Assembly (NCBI RefSeq): GCF_963921235.1 | Contig: NC_086097.1 | Coordinates: 148,554,001 to 148,618,000, forward strand | Source: Mobula hypostoma | Lineage: Eukaryota | Reading direction: 5' to 3' | Length of the DNA: 64,000 bases | Notes under the pieces: model-generated | Seen by the model: the letters and a program-made list of their open reading frames with translations, nothing else | The model's database searches: none | What the model was told of the DNA's origin: nothing | In this document: positions 1 to 12,531 of the stretch, piece after piece | Layout of the letters: every line of letters starts with the position of its first letter | Position numbering within the stretch: position 1 is the stretch's first letter | Made by a program: the position numbers and the translations under genes

Positions 1-287
1 TAAGAAGAAGAAGAGAACCATCCCTTCCAAATATCTTTCACCACCTCTGTTGTTCCACTATTTAGCAACTACCCACTCTCAGTTTGTTTAGTGAGACAGA
101 TCTGAAATAACAGCAGTAGGCATGCTCATACTGGAGCCATGAGACAGTGGTAGCTTGCACACTTTACTTTAAAACAGTCCTGAAGTTTATTTTATGGGTT
201 TCTCATCTCCCCTATTTTGTATACATAAAAAATTAGGCCATTGTCCATTTCTTTATCTTTGCATAAAAATTACCGTGTTTGTAATTG

Positions 288-760
288 TGTCAGGACGCTG
301 GAGTAGGCATCCAATCGCAGACCCAGTACTGTGCTCACAGTGATATTAGTTGAGTAACAAATCCCAAGGTGCAAATAAAGTCAGCATCAAAGTTCAGGCA
401 GAGATCAAAAATCCAGAGAAATCCAATAACCGGAATCAGGAAGCAGGCAGAGTCAATATTCAGACAGAGTACAGATACAAATGCAAATGCTGGAAAGGCT
501 TAGGAAAATCCATTGGCACAATCTGGCAACAAATAGGTGAAAACACAGGACTGAACTACACTGGGCAATAAATAGAGAGGCAGATGATAGGTGGAGCACA
601 ATGAGACACAGGTGGCAGCTATACAGGTAATAATGAGAAACAAATGAGAGACAGAGCACTCAGTAATACAGGGGACAGGAGCACATGGCAATACAAAACC
701 ACAGACTAACAGCTAGGGGGAAACACATAAAAAGACAGAGTTCAACTGGAGGTACTGACA
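288..760. mobile_element. Solo LTR of a Gypsy-type retrotransposon (473 bp)
   Basis: Starts TGTCAGGAC, ends GTACTGACA (8/9 inverted match, TG...CA). Perfect 5-bp TSD AATTG at 283-287 and 761-765. No internal domain. Confidence 0.85.
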
Positions 761-1057
761 AATTGGGAAAATATGAAAAAAATGAGAAAGGGGAAAGAAT
801 TTAACAGAAGGTAAAAGGATAATAATTAGAAGCATTGGTGAAAGTTTGCAAAAATCAGTCCATACGGAGTAATTTATTCTGCTCCTTTTAATTTAACCTG
901 ACAGCTCTATTGAGTAACTATCAAAAAACCATATTTGCAGGGTGATGTGTTTTATCCAGCTCAGCATTCCCAGCTTTATAATCTAATATTTAAAGACAGT
1001 GCAGCATGTCCTGTGATCTGAGTAACGTGACTTATCATGGCAATATGACACTTCCAT

Positions 1058-1185
1058 CCAGTGAGGGATATGGAGGGCTATGTCCAGGTCGATTGGACTA
1101 GGCAGAATAATAGGTTGGCATGGACTAGATCGGCCAAAGTGTCTGTTTCTGTGCTGTAATGTTCTATCACTCTATTACTCTATTA
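1058..1185 (+). mobile_element. CR1 LINE 3' end fragment
   Basis: CR1 3'UTR-like sequence (...ggccaaagtgtctgtttctgtgctgtaa) ending in an octamer tail ttctatcactctattactctat. Confidence 0.7.
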
Positions 1186-1429
1186 CAGTACGCAATACTG
1201 TAGTCCAAGGGTCGGAGTTTGGTATTTTATATTGAGAGACATGTTAGTTCTTGAGGCAAAATAGCTTTGGATCTGGAAAAACAAATGAAGGCCATAGAAA
1301 AACTTAGTATTTATTTAGATATTCATCAGACTCACACTCAACAGCCTGATGCCATTGATTGCAGGTTTAAATTAGACTTTCAATGTACTTAGTATGATCT
1401 GTTGGGAGAAACCCAAAACTAATTCTTGT

Positions 1430-2430
1430 TTTTGCTTTTTGGGATCTGGGCTCTGCTGAAAAGGTCGACATATTTTGCCAATCTCTAACTGCCTCAGGGA
1501 AAATACTATAGAGGCACTTTCTTTAATATCCACAGGACTTTTGCCAACGGTACGTGCACAATACGGCTTGGGAATGCAGATCCCAGCAGCAAGGAAGGAT
1601 TAGTGATATATTTCCAAATCCAGGATGACGTGAGCTTGGAGGGTAATATACAAGTGATGGTGTTTCTACGCCCTTGAAGCATTGTCCTTTTTGGTGGTAG
1701 ATTTCACTGGCTTGTTAGGTACTGTCTAGACAAACTACTGTGGTGCATTTTGTTGGCTACTACATGCCAGAGACAGAGAGAACGAGCGTGCAGATTGATG
1801 GATGAAGTGCAAATCAAGTGGGCTGTTTTGCCCTAAGATATATTAATATTTCTCAGTGTCATTATAAACCACAGAGGGTTTATCATTCCCATGTTTTGCA
1901 GGTAGTAGAAAGACCCTGATATGTCAGGAGTGAGTTGCGCATGGCAGCAAACCTGGCCTCTTCTCTGCATTATTTGTGACAGTATTTATATGGCAAGCCC
2001 AGATGAGTTTCTGATCAAAGGAGACCCCAAGATGTTGATGGTAGAGGGTTTGGTAATAATAGTGCCAATGAAAAGTGTCAGTAAATGTTTAGACTTTTGA
2101 TGCAAATTGACAACAAAATATTACTTTCCTCTTATCAGCTAGTGCCTTAACATTTCCTGGTTTGCTGCATGCAGGCACGAACTATCTCATTTGCTGATGT
2201 GTAACATCATTAGGAAACATGCCCACTCCAGACTTCATAATGATCGAAGGCCATTGACAAAATTACTGAGAGTGGTTGGGCTGAGAACATTGCTATAGGG
2301 AATCCCTGCAGTAATGTCCTCAGGCTGCGATGATTGATTTGTAACAACTACAGCAATCTACTTTTTTTTTTGCAAGGCATTATTCCATTCAGTGGAGCGT
2401 TTTTCCCTCAATGCCCATTAACTTCAATGT
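1430..2430 (-). mobile_element. Old, degraded non-LTR (CR1-clade-like) 3' fragment of a second lineage
   Basis: End gggatctgggctctgctg...tattttgccaatctctaactgcc resembles 56625-56680. No ORF remains. Clade assignment is from recognition only. Confidence 0.45.
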
Positions 2431-3359
2431 TACCAGTTGAAGCTAAAGAAACTCAGTTGTGTAAATATACCTATGCTGAAAGTCAAAATCTCCTGCAATG
2501 ATTTCTCTTCCGAGTATTGCACTAAATCCCTTGCAATGTCTCTAGATCTATTCTTGATCCCTACTTCTCATCTGCACAATGTTTCTCAACAAACAGCATT
2601 TTGAAACACATCATGACATAACCCAACTTTGATCCATGGGATTTACACACAACCTGAAACATCTTTTTCCAATATTTATCCACTTACAAAAACCATTATA
2701 AATTCTACTCCATCTGTTATTTCCTGATAATTTCCATACCCCTGGATAAAAGAACTTTCCTAATTCCATCATCTATTTATTTGATAAGGTTTTAAATTTA
2801 ATGCACCTTGATTATCAATTTAAAATCCATGGAAATACTTTGCCAGATTTAGCACATTATATTCCCATAATTTTAGATAACTCAGTAGAAATCTACTTCA
2901 TATTTTTTCTCTAATATTTGTTTTAGCGGCCTCTCCTCATATTTGTCTCATTCTGGGAAATCAAGCAGATTTCCATCTGAGATTCTAGTTCCTACATTAA
3001 ACTCACTTCACAATTTTTGTTTAAATATGTGGAAGCTTCCCATAAAAAAAAATCAGATGCTGGAAAGCTTACCGTTCACCCAGATCGGTGCAAGGTCAAA
3101 AAGCCTTGAAAGGAGGCATTGCAGATGAGGAAAAGTGAAACTATCAGTGTCCCACAAGTACATTGTGAAAAGTGAAGAAATCTTGACATTAAATATATTC
3201 TAAAGTTTTGGAGTCATTTTTGTGTTGTCCTCAACAGGTTCCAAAATGAGAAAGCTACTAGGCTTCATTTGGAATAAGGTCTGTGATCTTTTAAATAGGC
3301 CACCATAGAAAGGTCCTTACCAATTCAATGGTGGCACAAGTTCCTGGTCAAAATTCCCA

Positions 3360-3960
3360 GGTGGTGATGTGTCAAAGCTATTAGAGCTGCTGCTTCACAG
3401 CTCCAGTTATACGGGTTAATCCTGACCTCTGATGTCTGTGTAGAGTTTGCATGTTCTCACTGTGAATACATTGGTTTCCTTCAGGGATCTTCGTTTCCTC
3501 CCAACTCCTAAAGACATGCAGCTGGTAGGTGTGCAATAGGGCGCCATGGTAAAGCAGTGGTCAGCTTGGGGCATCCCGGAGCTCAGAGTTCATTTCCAAC
3601 ACTGTTCTCTCAGGAGTCTCTGTGCATCCTCCCCATGGAATAAGTGGGTTTGCTCTGGGTCCTCCGATTTCCACCCGCAGTCATAGACATACTGGGTAGA
3701 TTAATCGGTCATTGTAAATTGTCCCGTGATTTGGGCTTGTCGGGGGTGGCTGGGACAGCACGACTCAAAGGGTCGGAAGGGCCTACTCCACGCTGTATCA
3801 CTACATAAATAAGTCACTTAACCTTTATAAATTTCCCAAGGTATGTAGCTCAGTGGAAGTATTCAATGAAAGTAGATGGGAATGTGGGAGAATAAAGTGG
3901 GTTTAGTGCAAAAGTAGCATAAGTTGTGGTTGATAGACAATGTAGATTTACTGGCCTAAA
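3360..3960 (+). mobile_element. V-domain tRNA-SINE (HE1-like), interrupted by a second SINE
   Basis: V-domain-like core tgtgtagagtttgcatgttctc...ggtttcct...gtttcctcccaactcctaaagac at about 3437-3515. The 3' part resumes after 3812. Confidence 0.7.
3538..3812 (+). mobile_element. Nested V-domain SINE
   Basis: Degenerate tRNA head, V-domain core, ggtcattgtaaattgtccc motif, tail gctgtatcactacataaataa. Confidence 0.65.
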
Positions 3961-6180
3961 GTGTGGGCCCAAACCAGTTGGATTTTCCTGGTTATGAGTT
4001 TGGAAGAAACAAGGCAGTGTAGAGTTGCTTCCAACTCCTGATTCACTCTCTCAGTCTGGCCGTTAGATGAGGATAGAAACCTGACAAGCAGCTGGTTGTG
4101 GCACCCAAAAAGGGAACAGAAAGCCCTCCATAAAGGGACATAAACTGTGGTCCTCAATCAGACACTATGTCCTGAGGGAAGCTGCACAACCTGAACATGT
4201 GCTGAACTAGAGGGTGACGGTTTCACGAGCCGACAGGAGCTTGGGGAGAGCAATGAATTAGGCAGCTTTGGAGAACTTGTCCACGACTACCTGAAAGGTA
4301 GTGATTCCATCTGATGAAGGAAATCCAGTAAGAGGTGGGACCAGGGGCAGTGAGGCACAGGCAGTGGGTAGAGCAGACCAGGGGAGTACTGATGTGACAT
4401 TTTTTTCTGGAACAGCCAGAAATGAAGTTGTGCTCATCTGGGACATAGACAGCCACCAATCTCATCTCTTTATAAATTCCAGGGTCTGTTGAATCTCTGG
4501 ATGGCCAATCAAGTGGGAAGAGCAGGAAGTGAGGATGAAATTAAATCAGGTGAAGAAGAGAGCCCAACAGGCTTGAAGGGAGTTGAGTCTCTTGGCACTA
4601 CAGATGTAGAAGTTCTTGTGATCTGTCCATAACAGAAAGGGGTACACTGCCCCTCCAGCCAGTATCGCCAAGCCTCCAGAGCCTCCTTGACAGCCATAGG
4701 TTCTTGGTTCCTGACATCATAGTTACACTTTGCAGGAGTCAAGCACAGGGATGCAGCTGATTATCTACAGAAGAGTGCTGGGAGAGTACAGGTCCATTGC
4801 TGATACCTGATTAATCAACCTCAATGATGAATGGATGGGATAGGTCTGGATGTTACAGCACTGAGGCAGAGGTGAATCATCGCTCTAGTTATGAGAATGT
4901 TTGGTATGCTTCACTTGTCCAGCAATCCTGCAAAGGTCTTCTTAGTGAGTGCATTTATGGGGCCTGTGATTGAACTGAAGCTTCTGATGAAGCGGAGATA
5001 AAAGTCTGCGAACCTCATGAAGTGCCTCATCTGCTTGACAGTAGATGGTTTAGGCTACTTTGTGACTGCATAAACTTTACATGGGTCCGTTTGAATACAG
5101 GAAGGGGTGAGGATTTAGCCCAAGAATGACACCTGCTCTTTGTGGAACTCACACTCCTCTGGCTTGGCATAAAGGTTGTTCTTGAGGAGCCATCTGAGAA
5201 TATTCTGGATATGCTGGACGTTTTCCTCGCGAGAGCAGGAATAGTTAGGAAATTCATCCAAATACACTGAAACTAACACCTGGTCCTGTAGCACATCATT
5301 GACTGGGGCTTGAGAAACAGCCAGGGCATTGGCCAAACCAGATGGTACCACAAGGCAGTCATAGTGGCCTGCGAAGGTGTTGAATGCTGTCTTCCACTTG
5401 TCCCCTGCGCAGATCAGTCTTAGGGGAAATTGTTGCTCCCTGAAGATGTTCAAGTGCAGAGGCAAGCTGAAGAAGAGGGTAGCAGATCTTCACCATGATG
5501 TTGTTGAGGGGCTGATGTTCAATGCAGAGACAAAGCTTGCCGTCCTTCTTGCTCACTAAAAAGAAGCCCGACCCTGCTGGGGAGGTTGACAGATGGAAAA
5601 AGCTTAAGATCAATGTCTTCTTAATGTATTCTTCCATAGCCACCATTTCAGGATGAAAGAGGGAAAGGAGCCGGCCCTGGGGAGGACTAGTAGTGAGTGA
5701 GAGCTCAACAGTACACTCGTATAGCCGGTCTGGAGGCAGAAAGGTGGCTTTCTTCTTACTGAAGACCACAAGAAGGTCAGCATGTTCACCTGGAACACCA
5801 GACAGATCCACACTAGCAGTTGACACAGGAGGGGATATGCTGACAGGGGCTTGAGCTGGTCCCAGACAAGCAGACAATTCCCAGTCTTGGAATGCTTTTA
5901 GGGACCAGTCGATCCACGGCTTGTGTCAAAATAGCCAGGGAAAGCCAAGCACCATCAGGCAAATCAACAACATAGAATGAGAGATGTTCTTTGTGGTTGC
6001 CTTCTAGCACGGGTTGAAGGGGTACCTTGGAAAGGCAGATTGTGCCAGTGCCCAGAGATCAACCATCTAGAACCTGACATCAAATCTTCTCTCTTAATTG
6101 TTGAGTTGGGGCTCCCCATCTTTGTGCCAGAGAAATCTCCATGAGCTTCCTGGCTGCCCCTGAATCAATAAGCTCATGTG
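3961..6180 (-). pseudogene. pol: Gypsy pol relic (protease, RT, RNase H, integrase), frameshifted
   Basis: ELIDSGAA protease at about 6150-6177. RT motifs STSPAGSGFFLVSKKDGKLCLCI, GDKWKTAFNT..GHY, VYLDE, KPEECEFHKEQVSFLG. RNase [26 protein letters not shown]. Integrase VVVDKFSKAA and NGQTERVNQELE. Confidence 0.92.
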
Positions 6181-6249
6181 CCTGAGAGACCCCCCCCCCC
6201 ATGACAAGGAAACAATTAGGGAAGATGCTTGCAGGGAGAATCAACCCAT

Positions 6250-7546
6250 TAGAATTCCCCTTCCTGATGACAGGTATCCTCTTTTACCAGGTGCATGGGA
6301 TATGATACCTGGAAGTGTCCTGGAGCACCACATTAATGGCAGCAACCTGTCCTCCTGCGCCATTCTCATTCCTCCTGTGATGGGTGCATTCCCCCACCTG
6401 CACAGGCTCCTCTGCGAACTCCATTCTAGGTGACAAGAGAGAGGCTGAAAACTGACGGTTATTTAAAGAATAGGCGGCTTGGGGTATTCTCTCTGTCATT
6501 CCGTTGCCTGCCTGTCCATTCGAATGGCCAGATTTATCAGGTCATCCAGGCTGTCCTGCTCATCATAAGCAGTGATCTCATGCCCAACCTCTGCACTCAG
6601 CTCATGCTAGAAAGCAATGATGAGGGATCTCTCATTCCACCCCGCTTCAACCTCAAGCATGTAGATCTTTACTACATAGTCCTTCACTATCCCTTTCCCT
6701 TGGCGCAGGTCCAGGGCTCAGCAGGCAGCCTCCTGACCCAGTACTGGAAGGTCAAACACTCTCGTGAACTCAAAGACAAATTGTTGGGATTACTGGGCCA
6801 CAGGGGAGTTTACACATATCATCACCAAACCGATCTGGCTGAACTTGGAAAGTCAGCTCACACTTGGTAATAAAATTCCTGCTGCCATCGGGATCACCGG
6901 AATATCTGTCTGGTTGAGGACTACTCACCTCAGATCCAGAAACTGCCTATTGGCTGAGGCTGATGAGATTGTTTTGAGGCAGATGTGGGAGGCGATGGGG
7001 GTGAGACTGTTCTTGCTGAAGGATGCTGAACTGCAGCAGTAAGAGCAATAATGGCTGCCAGCTGATTCTCGCTGTCAGTAGTGAGCTGCTGAACTGCAGC
7101 AGTGAGAGCAATAATGGCTGCCAGCTGATTCTGGCTGTCAGTAGTGAGCTGCTGAACTACAGCAGTGAGAGCAATAATGGCTGCCAGCTGACTCTGGCTG
7201 TCAGTAGTGAGCTGCTGAACTGCAGCAGTAAGAGCAATATTAGTTGCCACCTGATTCTTGAGGTCTGTGGTGAGCCGGTGTCACATGTTCTTGCTGTTTG
7301 GAATGGGCTTGCCACTCTGAATGCAATTGCTGCACTGCCCAGGCCATTTCTGTCAACCCAGACTCCACTAACTTCAACTTCTCCTCCATCTGATCAACGA
7401 ACTTCAGCTTCAGCAGCGGATACTGCTCTGAGTAGCTGTCGCACTGCCTGAGTCACTGCTGCCAACCCAGTCTCCACAGACTTCTCTCCTACCTACTCAA
7501 AGAAATTCAGAGTCAAGATCAGCTGTTCTCTCACCATTGGGTCCAT
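6250..7546 (-). pseudogene. gag: Gypsy gag relic
   Basis: ATG GAC CCA (MDP) start 19 nt inside the LTR boundary, coiled-coil repeats, degenerate zinc knuckle CGAPGHFQVSYP at about 6297-6335. Several stops and frameshifts. Confidence 0.75.
7024..7259 (-). repeat. 63-bp tandem repeat (about 3.7 copies) encoding a 21-aa unit LAAIIALTAAVQQLTTDSQNQ
   Basis: Units begin at 7024, 7087, 7150, 7213 (tgctgaactRcagcagtRagagcaata...). Matches ORF 6930..7250. Confidence 0.95.
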
Positions 7547-7565
7547 TTTAATGGCTGAGTCGTGT

Positions 7566-8004
7566 TGTCATGGTGATGGCCCAAGTGCAGAGGGAGAAAC
7601 ACTAGGGTAGGATGAACAGTCCATTGACTTTTAATAAGAACTGTAAAGAACAAAAAGAAAAATAATAAATGCTACACCAACAGGACCGCTAACTAAAACT
7701 CTCAAACTAAAATCTAACACCACCACTGCAGCTCAGAGCAGCAACTTAATACTAAACTAATATTGATCCTTTACAGCATCAATCTAACTTGTAATTTTCT
7801 TTCCCAGAATGTGAACTAAGGTAAGCAAGGAGTGTTATGGTCAACACGTGACGAAACTGAAACAAAAGGAAGGGAGTTAAATACAAGCACAAATAAACCC
7901 TAATTGGCGGGAACGAGAAAACTCACAAGCATAATTGCTGACCCCTTTTAGCTGCCTGCCTGCAAGAGCGCCCAGACTCCTCAGTAGGGTCTGTGATAGT
8001 GACA
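7566..8004 (-). mobile_element. 5' LTR of the Gypsy element
   Basis: TGTCA at 7566 and TGACA at 8000-8004 (alternative end gtgata at 7998). TATA-like GTATTTAA on the minus strand at 7884-7877. Confidence 0.75.
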
Positions 8005-8233
8005 CTGGATTTCCAGCATCTGCAGAATCTTTTTATGTTTACAACAAGAAATAGGTATTCTTTGTCTCCAGCTGAAGCCTATAAAATAACCACAGCAATG
8101 TTAAATTGAAATCTATATGTAAATCAGCAGTTTGGAGAAAGTAAAGCAACTTTCAACATAAGACTATTAAAAATATTTCCCTCTATTCCTCTTCATATTT
8201 CTCTTCAAACCATTTTTTTCTGTTTCTTGTTAG

Positions 8234-8243
8234 CAATGGAGAG
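8234..8243 (+). other. Candidate 10-nt microexon CAATGGAGAG of an unidentified host gene
   Basis: Long pyrimidine tract 8177-8231, TAG acceptor ending 8233, consensus donor AG|GTAAGT at 8244. Lies in non-repetitive DNA. Confidence 0.4.
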
Positions 8244-10675
8244 GTAAGTGTTAAGTCCTGAACTGTGACTCAATGGACCATTGTACCAGTGAAATGCTGA
8301 CATGATGCTTTGGAGCGGGGGGGGGGGGCACATGGGAGGGAGAGGGAAATAAATAAAAAAATAATAATTGCCACTCCTTTTGAGTCCTGGGAGTTCCCAT
8401 CAGATCAGCCAGGCTCGATTGGGAATAGTGTTGAACAAATGGTATTTGGCTGGAACAGTTAGAAGTGTGCCTTCAGGCTCAATAAGGTTAATAACTGAAC
8501 ATGCTACTGCAGCACTGGGAGAGTGAGACTGAGAATGAGAGAGGGTGAAAAATCACCACAGTTGATCCTATCATGATAAATGATCATGGATTTGCCTGTG
8601 GCTGTAACCATTTAAATGCTTAAATGAATGAAACACAGGAAACTAGGATATGAGTGGGATAAACTTGACCAGTGAGTGAATGACACCATTGCAGCACCTG
8701 ACGATATCTTTAGTCACACTGGGAGTCATTTTATCAGTGAGGTTAATAGGATTTCCCCCTTCCTTTACACTTCACTTCAAAACAAATCAGAAGTTGACCC
8801 AAGGGTAGTGCATGAGCTCAGGGTGTGCTTTGATGATTATGGAAATTCTTTTAAGCCTTTTTTATGTTTAGGAATGAGGGAATCTGCACCATTGGACTCC
8901 ATGATTCTGTAATTCAATCGGCTGCGCTCAGCTACTATGAGTGTGGCAAGACAGGCGGCTGGGCTGCCTGTGCTTTAGGATGTTGACCTCCCACCAAACT
9001 TTAACACCTGCTCCTTTAAATAATTTTAACAGCAATGTGAATTCTGCGAGAAAGTGGCAAGTATTCACCAGTAAACTTGGGAAAGGAGAGGTCTTTAGTG
9101 TTAGAAAAGGTGGAAACATAGGATTTGAGCAGGATTTTTAATGTCTACATCTGAGCAGAATTTAATGTCTACATCTGGAGGAGAGAAATGATTTGAACTT
9201 CCCACAATTTCAGATTTTGCAGACTGGAAAGGGAAACTAGAGACAATAGGAACCTATTAAAACGTAAATGACAGACCAACAGACCAGAAAGTATTAGCTG
9301 GCCCTTCAAGACTGTTCTACCATTGTTATGAGGCAATACCTCCAAACCCTTTGACAACCCCAACCTTTCTCCAACCCCTTTCCTGCATCATTCGTCCTCA
9401 GTCCCATCATGTCGCCTATCCAGCTTTCAAGTATTACGTTGAAACAGAAAAGAAAAGGAAATCTGCCAGTCATTATAGAATCAACTGTGGTGATTTTTTA
9501 CCCTCTCTTATTCTCAGTCTCACTCTCCCAGTGTTACAGTTTAAAAAAACTCCTCTCTAGATTTCTAAGGCAACTAAAATCAGTCCAAGACATTGCATAG
9601 ATTATTTGTTGTCTGAAAAGCCATTTAGTTAATATAAAACTCAATTGTGACCCTATTAGGAATAGGTCCAGATCTCGCCTGAAGGCATGAAGATAAGTGG
9701 CACCTATTATTTCTGCCAACAATGGATTCCAGGTGATTTTGGCTCTCCACAACAGAAGAATAACCTAATGTCCATGAAATCTGTGGTTTAAGCATTAACC
9801 ACTGGTCCTCCTAGTCTGACAAACTGGAATACTCTAACAGTAGATACAGTGTCTCGCTCTTTGGTCCTTTTCATAGTTTTATTGGATCACTCCAAGTCTA
9901 CACTGCCTTGATAGAATCTCAGGTTCAAGAGGTAAGAACTTACCCACTGAAATAATCTATGTTGTTTCAAAACAGATAATCTGTCAATAGCATCAGGCAA
10001 CACTATTAAAATTACAGAATCATAACATGACACAGTATAGGAGGCCACTCAGTCCAACATGTCAGCACTGATGGGTGATAGAACTTTCCATTAGTGCCAT
10101 TTCCCTGCACTTTTTCCTAATCCCCGAAGATTTCCCCTTTTGAATTATTTATCGAATTCTGAAAGTTATTAGATCTGCTTATATCATCCTTACAACTAAT
10201 GCATTTAAATCATAAAAAATCAATGTGTATTTTTTATCTCTTTATGTATCCCTGCTTTTTTTGTACTATACTGTAAATCTGTGCCCTTCAGTTGCTGAAT
10301 TATTTGTCACTTTACAACAGCTAAAGAAATGCAATGACCTCGCTGGGGCATCAACGGTAAGTGCCACTACCAACCAAGTGTACAGACAGCCTCCTACGCT
10401 CTTTGTAGAAAATAATATAAAGATGCTGCCCATGATCTATGTTGGTGCTCAGCAACATTCAGATTTCTAAAGATCTCATGTTATTTCCAAGTTCTCTTGC
10501 ATCCTGTTATGCTTCCTCTTGGAAGACTATCACCTATTTCCAAAAATCAAATTACATCCTTCAATTCCAAAGTAGAATTTAAATGCCTGCAGTCCACTTT
10601 GCTGAAAATTAGAGAATACTCCCATCAGATGAGGAGGCTATGAACTGGGTCATTAACAGAAATAATGGTAAAACT

Positions 10676-12320
10676 TACTGTGCATTTAATGTTTGAGTAA
10701 TCTTGCATATGTATTGTTTGTTTAAGCATACTTGTTTGTTTAAATAATTCTTTATGGGGTTATATATATATAAATACATGAATGGCATATGTCATTATGC
10801 TACCATGTGATAGGTGCGCACGTTGTTTCAAGTAAAACAGAAGTTAGATTCACATTTCTGACTCTCGTGGCTTCCTTTGAATCAGTTTAATGATTTAAAG
10901 TTACAAAACGTAACACTGGTGACATGATATTTTTAAAACAAACCTGAGATGGCGATCGACCTGTTGAAGCGCTGCGAGACGTTCAAAATAAATAAAATGC
11001 GCAAGGAACAGTGAGTGAAAAACACAGCCCAGCTCGTGCAGAGACGGCCAATTTAAAAATAAAGCAGCACAGCACGTGTTCTTTGGAAGGGAAGACACCT
11101 TTGACTTTTTTTTAAGTCAGAAAACAGATGAATTCACAGGTTCATAAAGAGTGAGTATCGGGTGATAATAATCATAAAAAAGAGCAGAAGTGTCTGGCTG
11201 CAATGTGCTTGATTCCACAAGAGATAACTGCTTCATACATACTGAGTTATATTTTGAAGCAAATGAAATAACCAATGAGAAACAAGTACAAGTTTTGCCG
11301 AATGCATTGGGTTTAAAGGCAGACAGTTTGTTTTGAAGTTTAACTACTCCAACCAAACCAGCAGAAATGAACTTTGCTGATATTGTGAAAGTAATGCAGG
11401 AACATTTAGAACCAAAGTCATTCTGAATTGCAGAATGTTTTAGGTTTCATAAGTGGAATCAAAAGGAAGGGGAGTGCGCTTCAGCGTACGCAACTGAATT
11501 GAAGAGATTGAGCATTGTCAGTTCAGTAATGGGCTTAATGATACACAAAGAGACTACTTAGTTTGTGGAATCTTAAATGAAAGCATTCAAAAACGGGTTC
11601 TAACTGAAGTGCAACTTACATTTAAAAGAACAGTTGAAAGTGCTGTATCAATGGGGACAGAAGAGAGAGAGAGATAATTAGATTATGGTCAGGAATGAAA
11701 GTGAGAATGAACAAAATTGCAAAGTCTAAACAGAAACGTGGCCAAACAAATTCTGTTATTGTTCTGGCAGGAGCTCACATACACCTCAGGTTTAAGGGTA
11801 AGATTTGCAAAAATTGCAAAAAAGTAGGACATATCCAAAGAGCATACCAGGCAGACAAAAATAAATGGACTTCACAGGGAAGAGAAAACAATAAAAAGTC
11901 AAGTTGCAGTTTCAAAAATAGTACTAATCTGCTACGCTGTTGATGAAAACTCTGATAATGATGAGAGTACACAGACCTGGATAGCCTTCAGATTTACATT
12001 ATGAAAACTAACAATAAACAAGCAATATGGCTTACACCAGCAGTGAACGGCAAACAAATTAAAATTGAATTAGATACTGGCTCAGTTGTTTCAGTCATTC
12101 CACAAAATGGGTTTGAATGGCATTTCAAAGATACTTAATTGAAGCTTGCAGATATCCAAATAAGAACTTATACTGGAGAAAAGATAATTCATGTGGGAAT
12201 GACATTCATAACAGTAAAATATAACAACAAACAACCCATTTTGTGCTTGTATATGGTAAAAATAGAAGGACCAGCATTGTGGAGTCGTGATTGGCTGAGA
12301 CAACTACAATATAATTGGAG
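10676..12320 (+). mobile_element. Gypsy (Mag-clade-like) relic: 5' LTR, PBS, gag, protease; truncated at a CR1 insertion
   Basis: AT-rich LTR ends ...CGTAACA at 10915, followed by cTGGTGAC (PBS-like). Gag-like YFEANEIT...PTKPAEMNFADIVKVMQEHLEPK...FRFHKWNQKEGE, knuckle CKNCKKVGHIQRA, protease IELDTGS at about 12064-12084. LTR similar to 30641-30886. Confidence 0.85.
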
Positions 12321-12531
12321 ATTCATAGAACATATAACATAGAATATAGAATAGTACAGCACAGTACAGGCTCTTTGGCCCACAATGTTGTGCCGACCCT
12401 CAAACCCTGCCTCCCATATAACCCCCCAACTTAAATTCCTCCATATACCTGTCTAGTGGTCTCTTAAATTTCACCAGTGTATCTGCCTCCACCACTGACT
12501 CAGGCAGTGCATTCCACGCACCAACCACTCT

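Larger units (their letters stand above)
3961..8004 (-). mobile_element. Ty3/Gypsy LTR retrotransposon (sushi/Tf1-like), 3'-truncated in the integrase, decayed
   Basis: 5' LTR followed by gag, PR, RT, RNase H, IN in Gypsy order on the minus strand. No 3' LTR found. Confidence 0.92.

Noticed and set aside
7024..7259. Regularly spaced repeats as a CRISPR array
   Set aside because: No unique spacers; head-to-tail coding minisatellite within Gypsy gag in vertebrate DNA.
7795..7826. 13-nt exon-like signal tttcccag|AATGTGAACTAAG|gtaagc
   Set aside because: Lies in the antisense strand of an LTR; a chance match is likely without RNA data.
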